Below, piece by piece: positions 1-5,018 of a stretch of DNA of 5,018 bases. A program made the position numbers and the translations under genes. How positions within the stretch are numbered: the stretch's first letter is position 1; each line of letters starts with the position of its first letter. The stretch comes from Amoeboradix gromovi X-113 (taxonomy: Eukaryota > Fungi > Sanchytriomycota), in NCBI GenBank assembly GCA_018985225.1, contig JADGIF010000700.1:1-5018 (forward strand), given 5' to 3'. A model generated the notes under the pieces. The model did not search any database. It saw nothing but the letters and a program-made list of their open reading frames with translations, and was not told where the DNA came from.

Positions 1-122
1 GTCGCGTATAACCCGGGTTGAGCCGTATCCATATTTAACCCCAATGCTAAATTCTTTATGTTGGGGCAGTCCACCGAAACGGTCTGGACCATGGTTGTAA
101 CCAAAAATATTCCGAGATACAT
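1..122 (-). CDS. 5' part of a third paralog of the secreted LRR protein family (runs off the window start)
   Basis: Manual translation from ATG at 122 gives MYLGIFLVTTMVQTVSVDCPNIKNLALGLNMDTAQPGLYA, open to the window edge. It aligns without gaps to MLRGIYVLITLVYSVSIDCPNIKNLAIGMRMDVKQPALYA of the next gene and has the same upstream CCAAT-pair motif. Confidence 0.93.
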   Translation of the reverse strand, partial: MYLGIFLVTTMVQTVSVDCPNIKNLALGLNMDTAQPGLYA

Positions 123-167
123 ATTCTGAAAGACGAGTATTCTGATTTTATTCGATTCTTGTGAATT

Positions 168-198
168 TTGATTGGCACCACAACTCATATGCCCAATA
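168..198. promoter_or_regulatory. Inverted CCAAT-box pair upstream of the paralog at <1..122
   Basis: TTGATTGG (168-175), N17, CCAATA (193-198); the motif starts 46 nt from the A of the ATG. Confidence 0.7.
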
Positions 199-419
199 AC
201 GTAAGCTTAAATTGTGAGAATAAGAAAAATCGATGCTTATTTAGCTCTGAGACTTAAGCATTCAAATTGCGTAAAGAAAGTTCTTGAGAATTTAGAGAAG
301 CTATCTGGTATATTCAGTTGAACGATATTGTGATTACACCAAACAATCGCTCCAAATACTCTATTTCTTTACTATCTTAATCTTTAGAGTTTGTTTTTTT
401 CAGCTTTGAAAACTTATAG

Positions 420-598
420 TTGGAGAGGTCCAAAATAATACTTTTTTCAGTCCGAAAACTGGTTTCATTTAAGGAGATTCGAGAAATTGCTCCTGAGGGC
501 ATTTTATGTCTTGTAAAACTTGATACTGCGAAAGCGGTTGGAACTATGAACCAGCTTTGAAGTATCTAATTTGAGGATTAGATGATACAAAGTTTATT
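420..598 (+). pseudogene. Possible decayed plus-strand coding remnant, homologous to 2688..2816
   Basis: KEIREIAPEGILCLVKLDTAKAVGTMNQL*, then after a frameshift GLDDTKFI; resembles KLLRKVSPVFIFDVPNVNLDSLEVVNEL...RLEDIMFI. Alignment by eye only. Confidence 0.35.
593..598 (-). terminator. Candidate polyadenylation signal AATAAA
   Basis: TGA-AC-AATAAAC directly after the restored stop at 601-603; the paralog has AATAAAC at its stop as well. Confidence 0.5.
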
Positions 599-600
599 GT

Positions 601-2171
601 TCACCACAAAAATAAAAAAATCTGCAATTTCAAAATCATTAATTCAGATGACCCGGAGAACTCCAGTTGCGATTCCAAAGAATAATAAATTGGTTTAGTT
701 AATGTGGCAGCTGGCTTAACAGCAACTTTAAGTTTTGTGGCTAAATTAGTAGACTATTACTAGTTGAAGTCTTGGACTGACTAATTTTTGACTGAAGTGA
801 TTTTGAATTACTTGAAACTGATGAGTAAATGCTTGTCAAAGATGCAATCTTTCTCAAGCTAGTGCCAGAATTCACTTTTTTGGTAGAAGTACCAGAAAAT
901 TGTGATAAACTAGTGCTCTTTGTAATTTCTATCTCTGAGTTGGTTGTGGACTTGACTAACAAGATTGAGCTTGTATATGGTGCTGCTGAGTCTGTTGCTG
1001 ATAATATTGAGGTTGGGTATGTTGCGACGAGAGTAGTAGTTGGGCTTTCAGCTTCATATATAACACTTGACTTTGAATAAACCATTGTCCATTTACATAA
1101 GGTTATATGCTGAGACCTGGTAGTATTAGCACTGAAGCTTTCGCCAGCTGTAGCTCCGTCGCTGTAATATCCCTCTGTTGATAGGCCAGATTTTCTTTCT
1201 CCCAATGAAGATTCCAAGTCTTTACTGGTACCACTTGAAGGTATTTCTGTGATAGTACTGCTAAAATCGCTGTCTAAGAAATCGTCAAGACACACATAAG
1301 AAAATTGGGCTGAATCGGCAAGAGCACTAGAAATTGAGTTTTCAATGCTTGTCCATGTAGCGCTATTTGCAATGGTTGTTAGTGCAATCAGAGTGTACAA
1401 TCCTGTAGCAGTACATTTGGTTCCAAGGGCTGCCACATTTGTGGACCCAAGCATTGGATTGTTAGACAAGGTGCAGCTGGTTAATAACGAGATATCTGAA
1501 ATTACGATATCTGTGATCAGGTTGTCCTGGATGTTGAATGATTTGGGCTGATTCAAAGTGAGAACACCAGTGAACTTATTACCTCCGAACGCGGTGAAGT
1601 CCATATTCTTGGCAAATGAGGTTGGGATTGGACCAGTATATTTGTTTCCACTTAATCTTAAAATGTTCAATGTAGAAGGCAAGACACTCTGTAAAGTTCC
1701 AGACATCATGTTTGTACCACCATAGAGCGCAGTCAGTTTAGTTGGTAAGGTTGATGGTAAACTGCCGTTCAAAGAATTTTGAAAGTATGACAAATATGTT
1801 AAACCTGATGGCAATGATGGGATTTCTCCAGACAACAAGTTGTTACCAAGGTCGATGTATGTTACGCTGTTTGGCAACTGTGGAAACGGACCAGTTAGGA
1901 ACATTCCCCTTAACTGAATGCTCGTTAAAGTGCTTGGTATGGCTGTAGCGTTTATGGTACCATCAAATAACTTGCTCTGGAACAATATTCCAGTGACTCT
2001 CTGGTTTACGCATGTGATTCCAGCAACTGTGCAACAATCAGATAGAAGTGTGGCATATAATGCAGGTTGTTTCACGTCCATGCGCATTCCAATTGCGAGA
2101 TTTTTGATGTTCGGACAGTCTATAGAGACGCTATAAACCAGTGTAATAAGAACATAAATTCCTCTTAGCAT
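601..2171 (-). CDS. Secreted, probably GPI-anchored LRR protein with Ser/Thr stalk; model complement(join(601..740,761..2171)), 516 aa
   Basis: The ORF 741..2171 has a hydrophobic signal peptide, a DCP..DCC..C N-cap, LPxxLTxLxLxxNxLSGxLP repeats, a C..NNPML..C C-cap and a Ser/Thr stalk. 601..740 in another frame reads TKLKVAVKPAATLTKPIYYSLESQLEFSGSSELMILKLQIFLFLW*, homologous to the paralog tail SKTKVPVK...ESQLSYSPKFSALLYWQLLILMLS*. Removing 741..760 joins the frames. The LRR call is firm; the splice model is inferred. Confidence 0.88.
741..760 (-). other. Putative 20-nt spliceosomal micro-intron (phase 1)
   Basis: Minus strand reads GTAATAGTCTACTAATTTAG: GT donor, CTAAT branch-like motif, TAG acceptor. 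Removal gives A|CC (Thr) and restores the frame. A positional equivalent exists in the paralog. Confidence 0.75.
1389..1940 (-). repeat. Leucine-rich repeat array (5 regular 21-22 aa units, about 3 degenerate units and a C-cap)
   Basis: IPSTLTSIQLRGMFLTGPFPQ / LPNSVTYIDLGNNLLSGEIPS / LPSGLTYLSYFQNSLNGSLPST / LPTKLTALYGGTNMMSGTLQSV / LPSTLNILRLSGNKYTGPIPTS. Confidence 0.9.
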
Positions 2172-2214
2172 TTCTTTTCTTCAAATACAGTCCAAGTTGT
2201 CATTAAATAATATT

Positions 2215-2244
2215 TTGATTGGTAGAAATTATACACAACCAATA
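2215..2244. promoter_or_regulatory. Inverted CCAAT-box pair upstream of the gene at 601..2171
   Basis: TTGATTGG (2215-2222), N16, CCAATA (2239-2244); 44 nt from the A of the ATG. Confidence 0.7.
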
Positions 2245-2687
2245 GAACAGGAATAAAATGGGACACCAGATATAAAAACTAGACTGAATCGTTTTTAAAG
2301 GTGCTCCATACGGAGGAAATGCTATCATTAATTAAAGATCTTCATCTGTTATACCAAGATTCTCTCATTAATTGTATTCCTCTTTTTAAAATAAAACTAG
2401 AAGACCCTGCATCTCTTTCAAATATATGAGGTCTTTGAGCATCTAAGCAAAAGGTGCATTTTCTTAGACGGTACACTTTCTTCCTTCCATTTTGTAATGT
2501 TATACTAACATCATTACTCTTATCTATTCTAGTTTTTACAGAGTAATAGTGATATTTTATTTGAAATAAGATGGGATGAAAGAGTAAGAGAATAGCTGTA
2601 CAGAATATTTATATTCCTTTTATACTCGTCAACTAGCTGAATGTCCACTCGCCTCTTAAATCCATAAAATTAATAAAGCTGAAATAA

Positions 2688-2816
2688 TGTTCCAAGCTGT
2701 TACGGAAAGTTAGTCCAGTTTTTATATTTGATGTCCCAAATGTAAATCTCGATTCACTAGAAGTTGTGAACGAGCTGGAAGGATTGCCAAGACTTGAAGA
2801 TATCATGTTTATTTAA
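2688..2816 (+). pseudogene. Possible decayed plus-strand coding remnant or terminal exon
   Basis: Stop-free frame CSKLLRKVSPVFIFDVPNVNLDSLEVVNELEGLPRLEDIMFI*, whose TAA (2814-2816) overlaps the LRR gene stop on the opposite strand. No usable start codon. Similar to 471..598. Confidence 0.35.
2808..2813 (-). terminator. Candidate polyadenylation signal AATAAA overlapping the stop codon
   Basis: Minus strand reads TAAATAAAC at the end of the gene. Confidence 0.5.
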
Positions 2817-4405
2817 CTTAACATTAGAATCAGTAACTGCCAGTATAGTAGGGCAGAGAATTTTGGTGAGTATGATAATTGAGACTCTATTTGTGATGCT
2901 TCAGTAGTATCTTGATTCTGCGCAATCGAAGTTCGGGAAGCCTTTACTGGCACTTTAGTCTTTGAGGCTAAATTAGTTTTAAAATTACAAGTAACAGTGG
3001 ACGAGGCTGAAGAGTAAGAACGACTAGAACTTTGAGCTGAGTCGGTAAAAGCTGCTGCAGATCTCTTTAAAGATATTTCAAAGCTTTTTAGAGATGTTTT
3101 GGAGCTGCTCTGTATTGAGTAAAGTAAAGTTGTGGTAGATTTCTGGCCGTTCGTTGAAATGAAAATGGACCTAGACGAGTACGTTGTAATTGAGGTTGCT
3201 GTAGAATTCGCGACTGGTGTAGAGGCCTCTGATAGAAACTGTGAGTTGTCTGACGAAGAGAAGTCTTTGGATTTTAGTATCACAGTGGATGAAGGCACCC
3301 AGCTGCATATCAAAGGTTCTATTGATCTTGTGATATCTGATCTGGAAATGTTTTCGTTTTGATCCAAAATGCTTCTTATTGCTGAATCAGAATGTTGGGC
3401 AGACATGTCAGAATTAGCAAAAAAAAGTTCTTTGTCAACAATGGAGTAAGTGTGCAATTGAGAATCAATATCTGAAGGACTATCACAAGTATAAGTCATA
3501 GTAGGCACAACTGATACAGTATCATAGGATGTAGCAATAGTCGTTAATATCAAATTTGTAACTACCAATGTGTATAAGCCTGTTGCAACACACTTAGTCC
3601 CAAGGGCTGCCACATTTGAAGACTCTAACATTGGGTTGTTTGTTAAAACACACTGAGTCATTACAGATGTATCGGTAATTATAACATCAGTAATCAGGTT
3701 ATCCTGTATATTAAAGGTTTTTGGCTTGTTTAATATCAGTATTCCTGTGAATTTGTTAAACCCACCCCATGCTTGAAAATCTATCTGTGTGGCAAAGGAT
3801 GTTGGGATTGGACCGCTAAAATGATTTCCGTTAAATCTGATTGTACGCAATACTGAAGGCATTATATCTGGTACCGTTCCGCTCATTAAGTTGTTACCCA
3901 TTACTAAAGAGGTCAAACCTACCGGTAGGCTGGAAGGCAGACTACCAGAGACAGAGTTTGTGAAAAACGAAAGAATTGTCAATCCTGATGGCAGAGGAGG
4001 CAACGGCCCTGATATTGAGTTGGTGTTGAAGTAGAGCGCCGTCAAGCTAGCAGGTAAGTTTGGCAATGACCCGGTCAGCAAATTGCTTCCAAAGTCAGCC
4101 ATAGTCACTCCACTAGGGAGCAACGGGAAAGATCCAGTTATTGCCATGCTTTTTAATTGAATACTTGTTACCGTGCTTGGAATTGCTGTTGCGTTTATAG
4201 TTCCATCAAACAGCTTTGATATAAATGATATGCCTGTAACTCGAGAGTTAACGCAAACGATTCCTGTAACTGCACAGCAGTCACTAAGTAATTGGCTGTA
4301 TAAAGTCGGTTGCTTGACATCCATACGTAGTCCTAATGCTAAAATTTTCATATCAGGACAATCTACTGACACGCTGCTTACTAAAATCATCGCGACATAT
4401 ATCAT
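2813..4405 (-). CDS. Secreted, probably GPI-anchored LRR protein paralog; 523 aa if 2968..2988 is spliced, 530 aa if not
   Basis: Same architecture, with clear similarity to the 601..2171 gene across the LRR domain (e.g. SKLFDGTINATAIPST, FNIQDNLITD, NVAALGTKC, ATGLYTL) and a hydrophobic C-terminus. The track start at 4420 is a GTG. The first ATG is at 4405, whose offset from the CCAAT motif (44 nt) equals that of the neighbouring gene. Confidence 0.92.
   Translation of the reverse strand: MIYVAMILVSSVSVDCPDMKILALGLRMDVKQPTLYSQLLSDCCAVTGIVCVNSRVTGISFISKLFDGTINATAIPSTVTSIQLKSMAITGSFPLLPSGVTMADFGSNLLTGSLPNLPASLTALYFNTNSISGPLPPLPSGLTILSFFTNSVSGSLPSSLPVGLTSLVMGNNLMSGTVPDIMPSVLRTIRFNGNHFSGPIPTSFATQIDFQAWGGFNKFTGILILNKPKTFNIQDNLITDVIITDTSVMTQCVLTNNPMLESSNVAALGTKCVATGLYTLVVTNLILTTIATSYDTVSVVPTMTYTCDSPSDIDSQLHTYSIVDKELFFANSDMSAQHSDSAIRSILDQNENISRSDITRSIEPLICSWVPSSTVILKSKDFSSSDNSQFLSEASTPVANSTATSITTYSSRSIFISTNGQKSTTTLLYSIQSSSKTSLKSFEISLKRSAAAFTDSAQSSSRSYSSASSTVTCNFKTNLASKTKVPVKASRTSIAQNQDTTEASQIESQLSYSPKFSALLYWQLLILMLS
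2968..2988 (-). other. Putative 21-nt spliceosomal micro-intron (phase 1, in frame, no stop)
   Basis: Minus strand reads GTAATTTTAAAACTAATTTAG, sharing GTAAT and ACTAATTTAG with the 20-nt element at the homologous position. Removal gives T|CC (Ser) and deletes a ninth Cys absent from the paralog. Confidence 0.7.
3566..4183 (-). repeat. Leucine-rich repeat array (6 regular 21-22 aa units, about 3 degenerate units and a C-cap)
   Basis: IPSTVTSIQLKSMAITGSFPL / LPSGVTMADFGSNLLTGSLPN / LPASLTALYFNTNSISGPLPP / LPSGLTILSFFTNSVSGSLPSS / LPVGLTSLVMGNNLMSGTVPDI / MPSVLRTIRFNGNHFSGPIPTS. Confidence 0.9.
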
Positions 4406-4448
4406 TGATATTAGAGACACTTTTCTTTTTTATGTTTGGAGTTAACTA

Positions 4449-4478
4449 TTGATTGGGCACCATTTTTTGTCTCCAATA
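4449..4478. promoter_or_regulatory. Inverted CCAAT-box pair upstream of the gene at 2813..4405
   Basis: TTGATTGG (4449-4456), N16, CCAATA (4473-4478); 44 nt from the A of the ATG at 4405. Confidence 0.7.
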
Positions 4479-4611
4479 AGCTGGGATTAAATTATATAGT
4501 GGCTTCAGCAAAAACAATAAGAAAATATCACTTAAATATGCAGTTCTACATCTTGTAGAATTTTCAACCGAGTGTAAATTGTGCGTCTACGCAAACCTGA
4601 TTTTTTATTCC

Positions 4612-4629
4612 AGAGCCCACATGGGCTCT
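4612..4629. repeat. GC-rich perfect inverted repeat (8-bp arms)
   Basis: AGAGCCCA-CA-TGGGCTCT. Confidence 0.8.
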
Positions 4630-5018
4630 ATTAAGTTCGTTCGGACGGTAACACGCTTTTGTTACATCATAGTGTGTATGATATCAATAAATACCGAATT
4701 TGTGATGCAAAAACAGAAAACAGTTTTTATTATTCAAAGCGTTTGCCGACATCCTTAGAGCACATCGTCACAGCAACAACACTTGTTACTATCTTCTCAT
4801 TCTAATTGGTTTTAACTTTAGTGAGCTTAAGACACAGCACCTTTTATAGTCGAAATTCTTTCTTTCTTTTGATTCTTACAATCAAAAACCCACAACAGCT
4901 ATATCTGATGTAACCTCAGTTAAACTTTAAGTATCAAGTTAAGTAGTAACTGCTGAAAAATTCAAACATATATTAGAAGAACCGTACAAAAAGGTGATTT
5001 GTTATTGTTGAGCAGGTT

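Noticed and set aside
601-743. Stop-codon reassignment or readthrough (TAG/TAA as Gln) as the explanation for the short ORF
   Set aside because: Reading through TAG 741-743 in frame gives a non-homologous sequence; the homologous tail is in another frame. The paralog ends at a TAA at the position equivalent to the TGA at 601-603.
754-760. 7-nt GTAATAG as the intron
   Set aside because: Too short, and its removal gives ATC TAC TAA (stop).
2633-2812. 59 open codons on the minus strand, in frame after the stop of the rightmost gene
   Set aside because: No counterpart after the paralog's stop, it lies beyond the AATAAA, and its Ser/Phe-rich composition fits an antisense mirror of the plus-strand remnant.
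4406-4420. GTG start at 4420 used by the ORF track
   Set aside because: The context is eukaryotic. ATG 4405 gives an adequate signal peptide and the same 44-nt offset from the CCAAT motif as the neighbouring gene.
829-4445. Plus-strand ORFs in the track (829-1080, 1345-1551, 1742-1948, 1918-2136, 3132-3362, 4173-4445)
   Set aside because: They are antisense shadows lying within or almost wholly over the LRR genes. Similarity between 1918-2136 and 4173-4445 only mirrors the paralogy on the other strand.
4480-4758. Stop-free plus-strand frame of about 92 codons
   Set aside because: No early ATG (first at 4621), no recognisable motif and no homology seen to the other spacers in this frame.
4962-5018. 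Minus-strand NLLNNNKSPFCTVLLIYV* as the tail of a fourth paralog
   Set aside because: Lacks the ESQL motif and adjacent AATAAAC of the other tails, and is too short to judge without flanking sequence.
1-5018. CRISPR array, tRNA/rRNA, transposase or prokaryotic operon signals
   Set aside because: No nucleotide-level direct repeat-spacer pattern, cloverleaf, rRNA motif, transposase ORF or Shine-Dalgarno sites were seen. The repeats are at the protein (LRR) level.

Overview
AT-rich, most likely eukaryotic DNA carrying a head-to-tail tandem array of three paralogous minus-strand genes. One is a 5' fragment at <1..122 that the ORF track missed; the others are at 601..2171 and 2813..4405. They encode uncharacterised surface proteins built as signal peptide, Cys-capped LRR domain (21-22 aa repeats), Ser/Thr-rich stalk and hydrophobic GPI-like tail. 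Main hidden feature: both complete genes contain, at the same position and phase, an apparent ultra-short GT-AG intron of 20 or 21 nt (GTAAT...ACTAATTTAG). Removing the 20-nt one extends the apparently truncated ORF 741..2171 into a second exon (601..740) homologous to the paralog's C-terminus; retaining it leaves a stop that removes the anchor. All three genes share an inverted CCAAT-box pair at a near-fixed distance from the ATG. The spacers show weak traces of a decayed, oppositely oriented partner gene. Host taxonomy and ligand cannot be determined from the sequence alone.
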